Shown here: positions 30,101 through 38,019 of the stretch, piece by piece
How the letters are laid out: each line of letters opens with the position of its first letter
How positions within the stretch are numbered: the first letter of the stretch is position 1
Virus record (IMG/VR): IMGVR_UViG_3300005918_000012
Strand: one strand, 5' to 3'
Length of the DNA stretch: 64,000 bases
Source: a virus
Position numbers and translations under genes: made by a program
The notes under the pieces: generated by a model
Databases searched by the model: none
The model's input: the letters and a program-made list of their open reading frames with translations, nothing else
Told to the model about the DNA's origin: nothing

Positions 30101-32799
30101 CTGCCGTCACCACATATAAAAAATCAATACTTAGGCTTCAGTATGTTTCCATCAGTGTTGTTGCAGGTCAATGTGTTTTGGAGTTGGCCCCTCTAGGAAC
30201 GGAGGATGAGGCCTGTTATGCTGGCGGTGACCCTGCAGTAGCACCAGGAGATGTGAATGATCCTGTTATTCGGACGACTGCTGAATTAGCACTTTTGTTG
30301 GACGATGCTTACAAAGTATCAGGGATGAAAGCATGGCCAGTTAATGTTTCTGGTGAGAATTACGGTCTGCCTGCAAATAATGTGGTTGGTTATGATGACA
30401 CTGCTGGTGGGACTGTCATCAATGGTTTTGAGCGGTTGTATGTGGACAGTCGTTTGGTAGATACCACTCCGGTTTTATCGACGGCTGCCGGTAGTGCTAT
30501 TGTATCTGCATTTGCAGGTGCTGATGAATGGCTTCCTGTCACTTATGACCCTGAAACCAATAATGATTTCTACGAAGACCGAACTACTCCGGTTTATAAT
30601 TTGGTCGTGGGGGCATTGATTAATACAGTTACTACAACGACTTGGGAAACTTTAGATTGGCCAACAGGTGTTGATTATATTGGGCGTGATGCAAACATGC
30701 CTAATTTCTATAGTCATTGTCTGTTGCCTTCTTCTCATTTGACATTAGTTGATCCCAGCCAAGACCCGATCACTGACCCTGACCTTTATAACGGTCATCG
30801 GGCACAATCAGGCATTTTCCTTGAACCTTCATTCCCTCGGCAGGCTTTAAATCTGGTCGGGGGTCATCCGAAGGTTGTAGATGATAATGATGATCTACCT
30901 GACCCGACACTATTATCCGACCTTGAACGGGAGATCGGTGCTAGAGATTCAAACGCTTATGGGATTTTTGGTGGCCCACCTCTTACTTTTACAACACCCT
31001 CAGAAGTATCATTTGAAGTTCGACGTATCAGACGTTTCCATGATGTTCAGGATGTCAATTTAAAACTGGCACCTCTCCGTTACGTTTACGAGATTCGTCG
31101 TGGTCGAATTACTGACTATGACTGGGACCCGACAACTACAAATCAACGTGGTCTCGTGACAGCCGATAATTTCGTAATGAACTTTGACCCAGCTCATGTG
31201 TCAGGAACATCAAAAACTCCTGATGTCTGGAACGACGGTGAGACATATACTGGGACAAACCTCGGTACTTTTAAGACAGGCTTACGGATCAATGAAGATG
31301 TCAATGTCCATCCCGGAGATATGTTTAGGCTCCTGTCTGATGAAGATGGCTCTGTGTTAGAAGAAGTCAGGATTGAAAAGGTTCTTGAGATTGGCAAATT
31401 ACAACTGGCTGCTCCTGGACTTGTAACTCGGACAGCAGCTCAACTGGCTGCCGTAGGTGGCAAAATGAGATTCGAGATATTCCTTAACCGTGCTCCTGTT
31501 CCTTTAGAACAATCTGCTGAGGAACTCCTTGAATTGATTACCGATCAGGAAGTTTATCGGACGGATGCAGAGTATGGTGACACTGATGTTGAAGACCAAG
31601 GCGGTTACGTCCCAGAGATGACTGGCCCTGATTGGGATGACTTTGCTAACCAATTAAAAGATGACTCTGTAGACGGTGTTTCTCAGACCTTTAGTGGCCT
31701 TGGTATCCGTAAGAAAGACATCGTGATTATTGATGCAGCAGGCAAGATTCCTCAACGATCAGGAGATATCCCTTACATTCAAGAACATGGGATGCGTCCT
31801 ATCGGTGACATGGGTGTTTTCGGTCGTGAGGGTTATACAGGAGATGATGTTTTAAGTAATGTTTACGAAGCAGGTTCTACTGACCCCCGTGATGATAACC
31901 GTGGTTATTACCGGGTCACTAAGATTGAAAGTGATACCTTAACTGTCACAGGTGTCTCTACCTTTGCTGGTGATCTGAATGACGATGTGATCTTCGGTAC
32001 TGATTCATTACATCAATATGCAGTTTATCCTACCGTTCATAGTTCTCAGTTGAACCCCGACGGTGATGAGCGTCAGATGGATCTTCGTCCAACAAAATAT
32101 CGTAATGCTGAAGGTAAATTCAATTACGTTGGCAACTATCATTCAATGAGGCCGTTCTCTTACCGAGTCATTCGACCGTCACAGTTATTCACAGACGAAA
32201 CTATTGATTTGATTCTGATGATTCGAGAACGTCTGTTAGCTCTGATGGGATTGATTGGTCGTGGCTTTGAAGGAAAGAGTGGAGATTATTGGACGTTCCA
32301 GAAATTCAATCATATTGAAAACCTTGGAGCTACTTGGAATGCTGAAATCGGATTAGGATTACTTTCCAATGACTATATCCTTTCAATTCTGGGTCGAACG
32401 GACATCTCCCCATTCATGAACAATTCCTCTTGTATTTCGATTTTGGATCGTCGTTTCTGGGTACAGGACTCCCGGTTGGATTCCTTAACACCAACGGAAA
32501 CTGCTGACAACAATCCTTATGGAATGAGGCCTCTGGAAACCCCTCATATACCTTATACAGCCTATACTGACCCTACAGGAGAGCAAGTGCTTCCAGTACT
32601 GCCCGAAAAGATTGAAGAAGTGTTAGACCAACGGGATCAGTTCCGATCAGCTCGGTATGTGTGGCTGGCTTATAGAACCCATAAGATCTTAGGAGTTCTG
32701 GCTGGTATCAACCGATTTGACACTGAGTATTTACAACGCCGACAGGAGCAACTGGAAAACCTGATTAAGCAAGAATCTTTGGAGAAATTAACGACATGA
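21184..32799 (+). CDS. Giant (3871 aa) acidic, beta-rich putative baseplate/appendage structural protein
   Basis: Uninterrupted 11.6-kb ORF inside the baseplate cluster; D/E/T/G/P/V-rich; repeated GD.L.I...G.Y.V..V....LTV modules; C-terminal coiled coil. ORF is secure; function is inferred from context. Confidence 0.7.
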   Translation: MSFQFDGKVLEGVRQSPVNAATTDEPGTAVIQDIRPLPQTFELDAPDLVSVAADQYRVAALDTPGSTVMEYLVWAQNSAQLATVDNPDWWTDGGTGEVPTGDLDVIAYPATVDEVTHTDGTANVVIEDEGNRSIGSILWLVVARGDVEYDDDGWVDSDDPTQGREGDNPYLFWQINTANQNPVSGMVTLTPAQLVLLDGGLSIERGDRIVKVGYTVAPPRFWWTRNDRYEQRFGWNGSTQRWEPWKGSGVKELGYLLLDEASFTLSPKIQNLPVGAILPGDGTPSGADKYSMIRLGSDPGVNSTPAAPSDEWAGIMVKLDDAVEDFDFSQAGTLIAVMGQTNGKLVFNPAYVLLNAGNKIWYSYKSFNADEDGVIGSIQDARTDDLYLAPLPGPTDAPLLRYGNRTYLDAVTFNTDGEMDAAGDPDEGQIYLSLSTGRLVLSYVDLGKVDPDNTATFSKYYFGNKVVYDGVALCQRPQPTKSPVRLVNAAGNLTIDASDAYLPDSETLPDSYNPSDWNDAYRGLGVSGILQVPDELGALPQLPTGGREVPVRPGGDNYDDGTKDPNIGMVRALKDTVSDTIIFGRDYAVAEVIPYRIPDDKPSKIRSPQAYVCLQKDPSDQGSEVQFSHTDAHRLSGDYIYFLQAALTPAIFSIEAKIYSRNRDIFRFDGDEIFYFNVDSADYSWDPVALMAANPDNTYFTAEEVAEDMATGAPVTAMNGRIIITGAVSVEIGFGGTDKDLSGATALGFLPGWKAVEGVSCWLPDSGVSVGLSRSPVNLDKSKSTCDFSYVGRVQDGILSDGLQPNPYFFFINAPLQDIAGYDDNLFFRLISYIVDGDAVRVVFKTLDHYKDIIYRFGQKKFDWVAEDSYVQPVEQALNTLTLGNVGVVPEAMVGAPGIGGGLYVNSGEGGFVLQAQDDDYILPFEGAPGNATLIHRFGRRVQFGAQGSFSAGSDQFIDNTVDFTDPEKEVLSGYRLKITNGDAEGSYYITAVTEHTLTVTPSFLWASDQPAAWELFEGYTKDTYDPMVVADMLYQEFNPLTEEPFQIRTLSYVGRVLPDSATQAANQLKANIQGALSSGRPINVRYGAVAPTDSNTVALTWLTKTDLGVMENGLLILPDVTSLRFTQEAFSIQVGTVIFSHGDPIHPLVGVSAFSVDPGASIEYLTVDTEFPKGQLKFGTEVLGAYAESHVLVNDDFLPATELASLHGEISPLTGQLNLSEVDLLSFAGERAYFVEQMDTQEDLSVQPMSGSVAFLRPLPKGVLVEMVYYAADLEGRKVQYPVLRLDGTPVQDQTETRQITEFLPVFIRDEVAERETDRIFYFNTDYNTVYSDIDPIIYIRSAQQNYNETNCLVDYMPDGRGRLTFITYDVTSDVNVKVTYAVAESQGGERAYETSTKPVYRPPFFITADQNRFGLHGDRENEFEAGQLLRFGKENFYVKGTKYYPEVSDSDGNVTGDITAVYIFPQTIQEVGSRAPARDVLTLKTLMPITPVVDPNGDVVGPNGEAIAVTTTAALGLMFEVSIIEYPFEPINRGQTDIAFKGNLTSLAVPGHILEFGGIPYTIAGAELSDDGSRTVISIATGIRQAFTVADDPTVRLTCRPVYPPNVVDLLGVGQFVPEEGYELVQYGLTDGDDNVLPGKTLVDTVDYAFDLSNGLVTLLAPIQEPLNAPESLKMSFVRLRQLAPYVQEGAIIRPTYSATYQNIITPSEDNGLLGATLQGRYTFRNPDSFYFRIVPMTQFLVEVTEEVIKEITSKQAASGAPQSGGGDDNWQQGRIGLKSERRHLMNKDRMARTFLDFYNTTTNAFEQFRETISGELVGDRDGKFRFWIGKGNEWPTPGYEDEITGALTPRNIFTEVFTSRAEGYVYIQPYDALVEPQSFEVSGSEMTGKVVNIDELHSMMDEQRDLVANEVDDIVMSRYDAIFKWKTGWPFYSFILKGQFYWMYQTQKFSRLFPLFTRTFLRTNPGIDADLDAQEVGFYSAGRYDSEDEYQKTTGNTIAQLANPVVGDITSVKSLFLKKRKARARVWQYFPNGVPAAAFSPTSPEITSPCLIATPGWISDFPIDPTTGFPNISQFLINNGDIPDIETGDPEMAVPPFEIGDQIAWGKPTGRVYDAFCGSKKTDGDFTGLYVESVLYGCVITFMDVDDVLITDPNNILVGTNAQTGFPADGFIELGDTVQSIDISGTVEISNPPTTEDMELVAANQSNYRPGFDFQYTQDGQILDVTLPSKDDPHFWHLKEMLGQNPIPPLTCLDGAVEFYYDGQNPLLIPALEGDPQDDSGDFHIPFLQVKNTELDRFNEGSIIADSLKQDNLGVGLYPNEWLGNDGTVTTIPAVNPGQENIVPDDQPAALLTTTDVDPATLPPGSANLDEYDLLFTQVQGTSPFTTNGLVTPDPGAMGILSVGRITPRNGAWTLSNDGQLPTETGEGSMIEPPRFVTQTKDGSPIRYKIENAMVSEENTGSLIGIKLRTYDAAALATHYMVLDFTDINIDMSGLDAIYNASSNNTITVKLLSHDDSAAIVGPGGVPAPIPGSVLLTLGIQQSTGLTVTNYTDPPVTTTNLTNAQFGVDGAVIGALLGVDPADYIIGNARYVLLTFSTLTTPVVDLIWDVPNPPVATSTRPDWFIPYGVSDYLGDLYTEADYGMDFVFDVDTYNIAGTLGESTTAYIGSDRLTFNEGIDFSKAEGRGAVHPLNPLTELETLLSIYEVTVGHNSVPTVYASTINTFCNGDNGGLPVPFTFLPRDGVVGVFGSLVVHGFEGYDGATGNIPVIGNLATFSGAASNNKTATSLPICEGTGLMESTFSGITDAELYDNKVSDAIITVGDVSQIESGDILVIKQDVNGEATTKAGTYLVRHGIPQHDSVGSPTDEWWWSAPSSVADNETGWCPVHFPTVVSYDDGTHQLTISDPALIRPLESGVNSEFPIGHEYGFPEPAAVPTPGNYTFVYIIRNVSGLSTADPGGTLGDVDFDAAVTTYKKSILRLQYVSISVVAGQCVLELAPLGTEDEACYAGGDPAVAPGDVNDPVIRTTAELALLLDDAYKVSGMKAWPVNVSGENYGLPANNVVGYDDTAGGTVINGFERLYVDSRLVDTTPVLSTAAGSAIVSAFAGADEWLPVTYDPETNNDFYEDRTTPVYNLVVGALINTVTTTTWETLDWPTGVDYIGRDANMPNFYSHCLLPSSHLTLVDPSQDPITDPDLYNGHRAQSGIFLEPSFPRQALNLVGGHPKVVDDNDDLPDPTLLSDLEREIGARDSNAYGIFGGPPLTFTTPSEVSFEVRRIRRFHDVQDVNLKLAPLRYVYEIRRGRITDYDWDPTTTNQRGLVTADNFVMNFDPAHVSGTSKTPDVWNDGETYTGTNLGTFKTGLRINEDVNVHPGDMFRLLSDEDGSVLEEVRIEKVLEIGKLQLAAPGLVTRTAAQLAAVGGKMRFEIFLNRAPVPLEQSAEELLELITDQEVYRTDAEYGDTDVEDQGGYVPEMTGPDWDDFANQLKDDSVDGVSQTFSGLGIRKKDIVIIDAAGKIPQRSGDIPYIQEHGMRPIGDMGVFGREGYTGDDVLSNVYEAGSTDPRDDNRGYYRVTKIESDTLTVTGVSTFAGDLNDDVIFGTDSLHQYAVYPTVHSSQLNPDGDERQMDLRPTKYRNAEGKFNYVGNYHSMRPFSYRVIRPSQLFTDETIDLILMIRERLLALMGLIGRGFEGKSGDYWTFQKFNHIENLGATWNAEIGLGLLSNDYILSILGRTDISPFMNNSSCISILDRRFWVQDSRLDSLTPTETADNNPYGMRPLETPHIPYTAYTDPTGEQVLPVLPEKIEEVLDQRDQFRSARYVWLAYRTHKILGVLAGINRFDTEYLQRRQEQLENLIKQESLEKLTT

Positions 32800-33032
32800 A
32801 ACCAAACCTAAGCCCAGAAGACCTGATAAAAGAATTGAAAAAGATAGGCATTGACCCTGATCGTTGGGTTAATGTTGAAGAAAAGATGGTCAAGCCTATA
32901 GCTTTAGAGCATCAAACGAAATTGTTGGTGCAGCTAAAAGGAATGTTTGAAGGGATTGTAGAACAGGACCGTAAAAAAATACTATCTCTTAAAGAACAAG
33001 TAGAACGACTTAAACATGGTGGAGGTGTCTAA
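32796..33032 (+). CDS. Small coiled-coil hypothetical protein
   Basis: ATGA overlap upstream, TAATG overlap downstream; GGAG SD; heptad-like C-terminus. Confidence 0.75.
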   Translation: MKPNLSPEDLIKELKKIGIDPDRWVNVEEKMVKPIALEHQTKLLVQLKGMFEGIVEQDRKKILSLKEQVERLKHGGGV

Positions 33033-35917
33033 TGCCAAATGAACCACAATGGGGCACCGTAACTATCGAAGTTCCAGATTTCCTGAAAGATACCAGAAAT
33101 GCTATTAACAGTGTAGCTGAGTTCCTCGTTACAATGTTAGACATCGTTCTGGCTTCCCTGCAACTGGTCAAAGCATTCTTGACGGCTTACATTGACCCTA
33201 TAATGTCTCTGCTTCAAAAGATCATTGATGAAATTAACGGCCTCATACACGATATCCGCCAGATGGGTATATATATCACGGGTGACTGGAAACTCATGGA
33301 GTACCCTTTTGATGATATCAGAGGCGGTTACGATGCCTTTGAACGTCGAATGGTGGCTAAACTGACGGACAGAACAGATCCTACACGACCAGATATTTCA
33401 GGTAGAACACAAGTTTTCGGATTGTTTTTCTATCTGTCTGTGGATATTTCAGACATTCAACGCTTGATTGCATTCATCATGCGTCTGGTTGGTTTCTTCA
33501 AGCAGGAATGGACCGGAAATACTTTGCCCTCAGTTATCATTAATGAAATCAGGTACGGTTCGGATGCAACGGACGCTCTCTTACACCCTGTCTCAATGGG
33601 TGAAGCTTTCAAACAGTTGGCTGGTTCAGGAGATGTCCCTCAAGTTGCTCAGGTTCGATTCAAAACTTACACTCCGAACAAGAATACTCCTTTCAGCCCC
33701 TTCCCCTCGAATGCTTTAGGTCCAGATGGTTTTGCCATTACGGTATCCACATTCCCTGATGGGATTAAAGTTCAGTATGATAAACCTCGGTCAAACACTA
33801 CGACTGATGATGAAGGCAAGCAACCTCGTGATTATGGAGTTGTTCGTGGCACGGATGGTAAGCCTGTTGTGTTGTATGGTGGCACAGGGCTGGATAAAAC
33901 AGGTATGTTGGAGTTACCTACGGATTTAGGCTACAATCATGGGACTCAAAATGGCGGTCCTGTTGCAGGAAGTACCCGGATTTATGGATACACCACTCCG
34001 GCAGCTAATGCCCCGATCCCTCTTGATATCATGGATGGGTATTTCCAGAAAACTTTCTGGCTGGATAAAACCGAAGTGGCTTTCCAGTCTTTCACTGAGG
34101 AATATTCTTTTAACATGAGTTTTGATGATATGCCCTATGAAGGGGATATTGTTGTTAATGAAGACGGGACTGTGGAAATCAAACCTGTACTTTTACCTGG
34201 GTCAGAAGGGGCAAAACAAGCATCCACTGTCTATGTTAGAGTTGCTGCTTGTAATGAAAATGCTCTTGAGAAGTTTAAATATGATTTTGCAAATACACAA
34301 GTCACTAAGATGGCTGCTGCTCCTGGATATATTGTGGTACCTCCTAAGACAGGGTGTGGAGATGTCACTGACATCGGTGCTTGGTCACAACCACAGCGGA
34401 TAACTTTCCCAACTGCTGATACAGCAATGTATTTGGAATCTGTTAAGTCGGCTCTGGTAGTCCTTTTCCTTTGTCGGCCTGATCTGGTTACAATGGAAGA
34501 ACTTAAATTAGTCCTAACCCCTGAACAGATTAAAAAAATAGAAAACGATCAGCTAATTGTTGAAGGTACTGCTAATAAAGCCTGTGGTTTAGAAGGTTTG
34601 AAACAACTACTTCAAGTCTTGTATGATGGAGTACATGGTCCGAGTTACCAATGGAAACGCTCAGGAGAAGAACCTTTAGATTTTAGGTTTTCTCTTGATC
34701 GTCGAGTACGGAAATTTGTTCAGGACATGTATGCTAAGACAGGACCCCAGCCGGATGTTGAAAGTTTTATAGTTGAAAATACCACAAACCTCCGAACTGT
34801 TCAATGGAAAAATATCCTTGAAGATGCTGAAATAGACACGACTAATGTTACGGAGGCTTTTGAAAAAGCTACTCTTTTGGAGTCCATCAATAAAGACACC
34901 GATGCAGGAAAAGATTTGACATCTGGATTGGCTATCAATCCTTGGTGTATGGGTGTGAATGGTGATATGGCATTACAGAGAAATGGTTTAATTACTGGCC
35001 GTACTCCACAAATGTTTGAGGCTTTTACTGGGGATTCCATAGTGTTACGGGATTCTGTCCCAAAAGCAGAGATTGATGAATACTTGGCAACACTCCCTGT
35101 CAATATTGCATCTATGTACCGAGCATCTTTTGTAAATGAGGATGGGGATATAGAGATCAATTGGCTGAATAAAAAGGCTATGGAATTAATGTTGAGAGGG
35201 CTGGTTGAAGGATCTGCCGACCGTTCTCCTGTGGTATTTTCAAATCAAAATGAAATCAATAAGATCATAGATCAGATAGATACCATCCACTCAAACCCAA
35301 ATCGGATTGTATTTGCTCGGACTCTCCTGACTAACTATAACGACGGCATACTCATTGAGGAAGCTAAGATTGCTCTGAGTATGGCAGGGAACTTATGGAA
35401 ACGTGGTGATGACGGGGCGTGGATTGCTATCCGATTCTTGGATGTAATGCCGGGCATCGATGATTTCCTTGAAACCATCCGTAATTGGATTGAATCTATT
35501 AAGAATGCTATCGGTTCTATTGTTGACACAATCATTAAGTATATTGAATGGTTAGAAGCTCGTGTTATTGAAACTCAGCAGTTGATCCGACGAATCAATG
35601 CTCTGATTCAGTCCCTTCTGGGTAATTTATTCCAAGTTCCTGCATGTTCTGCTTTGATGTGTGTGTCAAATGGAACTGACGGGTTATTGGCTGACTATAT
35701 GAATTCAAAATACAAACCGAGTGATGGTCCTTTGGCTTACGGAGCAGGTTTAGCTTTAGTAGTTCCATTGATGCCGTCATTTGTTTACGATCTATTGTTA
35801 TTATTCTTCAAGCCCAAAGATGGTCTTGCAGGGGCTGCACCCTCAGATGGGATTCCATTGGAAGGTCTGCCGGGACCCCCGGGAGAAACTGAAGAAGATC
35901 CCCCAGATGTTTTATAG
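33032..35917 (+). CDS. Hypothetical virion protein with amphipathic/hydrophobic helical termini (961 aa)
   Basis: SD GGAGGT; N-terminal LDIVLASLQLVKAFL...LLQKIIDEINGLIHDI; C-terminal helical bundle and hydrophobic GAGLALVVPLMPSFVYDLLLLFF. Confidence 0.65.
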   Translation: MPNEPQWGTVTIEVPDFLKDTRNAINSVAEFLVTMLDIVLASLQLVKAFLTAYIDPIMSLLQKIIDEINGLIHDIRQMGIYITGDWKLMEYPFDDIRGGYDAFERRMVAKLTDRTDPTRPDISGRTQVFGLFFYLSVDISDIQRLIAFIMRLVGFFKQEWTGNTLPSVIINEIRYGSDATDALLHPVSMGEAFKQLAGSGDVPQVAQVRFKTYTPNKNTPFSPFPSNALGPDGFAITVSTFPDGIKVQYDKPRSNTTTDDEGKQPRDYGVVRGTDGKPVVLYGGTGLDKTGMLELPTDLGYNHGTQNGGPVAGSTRIYGYTTPAANAPIPLDIMDGYFQKTFWLDKTEVAFQSFTEEYSFNMSFDDMPYEGDIVVNEDGTVEIKPVLLPGSEGAKQASTVYVRVAACNENALEKFKYDFANTQVTKMAAAPGYIVVPPKTGCGDVTDIGAWSQPQRITFPTADTAMYLESVKSALVVLFLCRPDLVTMEELKLVLTPEQIKKIENDQLIVEGTANKACGLEGLKQLLQVLYDGVHGPSYQWKRSGEEPLDFRFSLDRRVRKFVQDMYAKTGPQPDVESFIVENTTNLRTVQWKNILEDAEIDTTNVTEAFEKATLLESINKDTDAGKDLTSGLAINPWCMGVNGDMALQRNGLITGRTPQMFEAFTGDSIVLRDSVPKAEIDEYLATLPVNIASMYRASFVNEDGDIEINWLNKKAMELMLRGLVEGSADRSPVVFSNQNEINKIIDQIDTIHSNPNRIVFARTLLTNYNDGILIEEAKIALSMAGNLWKRGDDGAWIAIRFLDVMPGIDDFLETIRNWIESIKNAIGSIVDTIIKYIEWLEARVIETQQLIRRINALIQSLLGNLFQVPACSALMCVSNGTDGLLADYMNSKYKPSDGPLAYGAGLALVVPLMPSFVYDLLLLFFKPKDGLAGAAPSDGIPLEGLPGPPGETEEDPPDVL

Positions 35918-35926
35918 GAGGTTACT

Positions 35927-36784
35927 ATGAGTTCTTTTGATAAAATGGTTACTTGGCCAGTTGGGTATTTCCGAAGCACGACCAGTTGGCTTTTACGAAA
36001 CCGAAAAGAAATAGGGGCTCGGATAAGTACCCTCCGAGCTGAGATTGATCGTATCGGTCATGTTTCCGTTGGTTATGAAGTTTCAACTTCGGAAGATGGG
36101 AAAACTGAAACTCGGAGTTCTCTGGATGTGACAAGGGGTTCTAATGTTGGGATGTTGATGCAGGCTTATGTGGCTAATGGAGGGAATCCTTTAGATATTT
36201 CCCCATTTATGCACCCACAAGAGAGCTTTCCTCACGGCGGTGTTGTTTATCCTCTGTCTGTGGATGACCATGAAGACCATTTGCCTGTCATGATTAAAGA
36301 CGGGGACACAGAAACAGATTCTGGTTATGGAGCTTCTATGGGTGGTTGGTTGAAAACCGACCGGTATTATGCACCCCGACAAGGTGGCCGTGTTGATCAG
36401 GGTTCATATGATTCTGATACAATCGTTACCGGAATGCATCAGGTTCGGAAATGGGCTAATCAAGAGATCAAAACCCGGCTTCAAGATATGGAGTGGAGAA
36501 TTATGAAACAGTGTGATTTGAGGGAACAACTTACAAAGGAAGCTGACGATGTTCTTCGTGAAGCCTTCGGAGGTGTCGTCAGTGGTGTAGATGAACCTGA
36601 TGACGGTCGGTTTGATAGTAACCTTCTGGTACAGAACATCGTTCAGGAAATGTACCAGCTAATTTATCAGACAGGTGAAAGTGGGTTAGTTTCTTCTTTT
36701 GCTCCTAACCCCCTAGTTCCGCTGTATGGATTCACATTTAAGAACGTAGAATCAGAAATGAACCGGTTTGAGATGGGCTGCTGA
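35927..36784 (+). CDS. Hypothetical protein (285 aa), probably virion-associated
   Basis: SD AGGAGG; two short coiled-coil segments; within the baseplate cluster. Confidence 0.65.
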   Translation: MSSFDKMVTWPVGYFRSTTSWLLRNRKEIGARISTLRAEIDRIGHVSVGYEVSTSEDGKTETRSSLDVTRGSNVGMLMQAYVANGGNPLDISPFMHPQESFPHGGVVYPLSVDDHEDHLPVMIKDGDTETDSGYGASMGGWLKTDRYYAPRQGGRVDQGSYDSDTIVTGMHQVRKWANQEIKTRLQDMEWRIMKQCDLREQLTKEADDVLREAFGGVVSGVDEPDDGRFDSNLLVQNIVQEMYQLIYQTGESGLVSSFAPNPLVPLYGFTFKNVESEMNRFEMGC

Positions 36785-36785
36785 T

Positions 36786-36818
36786 TCGGTGTAAAGCCTA
36801 TAAAAACCTATCAGTGGA
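36786..36818 (+). promoter_or_regulatory. Putative phage late-promoter motif, copy 2
   Basis: TCGGT-GTAAAGCC-TATA-N11-GTGGA, upstream of the AAGGAGG SD of the 36837 gene. Confidence 0.6.
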
Positions 36819-36836
36819 TTAAGGAGGAGTCCTTCA

Positions 36837-38015
36837 ATGAGTCGAGAATTTCAAATCGCGTGGCCGTGTGACCACCGGACAGTCGAGGAAAGTGTTCAAC
36901 TTGGCACTGACCGACGTTCGTTACTCACAAGGCAGCCTATAGCGGGGTCAGGAACCGTCCGAGTGATGGTTAATGATGAGCTGTATGTTCCTACCGGAGG
37001 TTTGTTCTCTGCTGCTCAATTATATAGTACTGCTTCGGGACCGTTCGATCTGACTGAGGGTGATGACACTCTGACAGTGGAGACTCCTGTAGGTTCCAAA
37101 ACTATTTCATTCGGGATCACTGGGGTTGCTCGAATGACCACCGACCAAGTTATTAGCTACCTCAAAAAGAATAGTTTTCAAGTAGCTATTGTCGAAAACG
37201 TCAATGGGCATTTAGTATTCTCTGACGGTTCAAAGATCGGGCCTGATTCTTATGTAAAAGTAAGTGGTCGAGCTGCCGAGTCCTTGGGCTTCGGGTCCTC
37301 TGAGTGCAATAAAGGAGCTTCAAATCAACGTGGTGCCAGAGGTATTCAGTTATACCCAAGCTGGAATCTTGCCAGGCGTCCTGATGATTTAGTGAATCGT
37401 TTCCCAGTATTTGATTACCCTGTGAAAGGGAATCCTCTCTTCAAGGTGTCTTATACAGTCATTCCAGAGAGATGTCTTCGGTGTGGTGGTTCTTGGGTTG
37501 AGAATGATTATCGTTACGGAACTGATGGTCAGTCCCTTATGATTGAGAATGAGAATCTCTTATATCAATCTTGTTTGAAGATGTTGTTAACAGACATCGG
37601 AAGCAATCCATATCATACGTGGTATGGTACTAATATTATGAGTAGGATTGGAGCAAAGGCTATCTCTGGGGTGTCCATGTTACTGAGTGAGGATGTCCGA
37701 AAAGCTTTGTCTAAATACCAATCCTTACAGGTTGAACAAGGAAAATATCAAAAAGTTACATTGAAGGAGCAGCTGTATTCCATTTTGAATGTTCAAGTAG
37801 CTCCTCACAAGCAAGACCCTACAACATATTTGATTGATGTAACGGTTCAGAATGCTTCGGGAAAACCTGTGGCTTTGAGTATTGTTTATACAGCACCTTC
37901 AGCGGTGTCTTTAATGGGATCGAACGGACTTATGTTGGGAACCCAGTCGGTTGGGTTGGAAGACGATAGAGTGTATCCTAACCAACTGACTATTAACGGT
38001 GTTCCTACGGAGTGA
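36837..38015 (+). CDS. gp25/gpW-like baseplate wedge (sheath initiator) with N-terminal extra domains
   Basis: C-terminal LYQSCLKMLLTDIGSNPYHTWYGTNI...EQLYSILNVQV...DPTTYLIDVTV is gp25-like; directly upstream of baseplate J-like gene. Confidence 0.75.
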   Translation: MSREFQIAWPCDHRTVEESVQLGTDRRSLLTRQPIAGSGTVRVMVNDELYVPTGGLFSAAQLYSTASGPFDLTEGDDTLTVETPVGSKTISFGITGVARMTTDQVISYLKKNSFQVAIVENVNGHLVFSDGSKIGPDSYVKVSGRAAESLGFGSSECNKGASNQRGARGIQLYPSWNLARRPDDLVNRFPVFDYPVKGNPLFKVSYTVIPERCLRCGGSWVENDYRYGTDGQSLMIENENLLYQSCLKMLLTDIGSNPYHTWYGTNIMSRIGAKAISGVSMLLSEDVRKALSKYQSLQVEQGKYQKVTLKEQLYSILNVQVAPHKQDPTTYLIDVTVQNASGKPVALSIVYTAPSAVSLMGSNGLMLGTQSVGLEDDRVYPNQLTINGVPTE

Positions 38016-38019
38016 TGAT

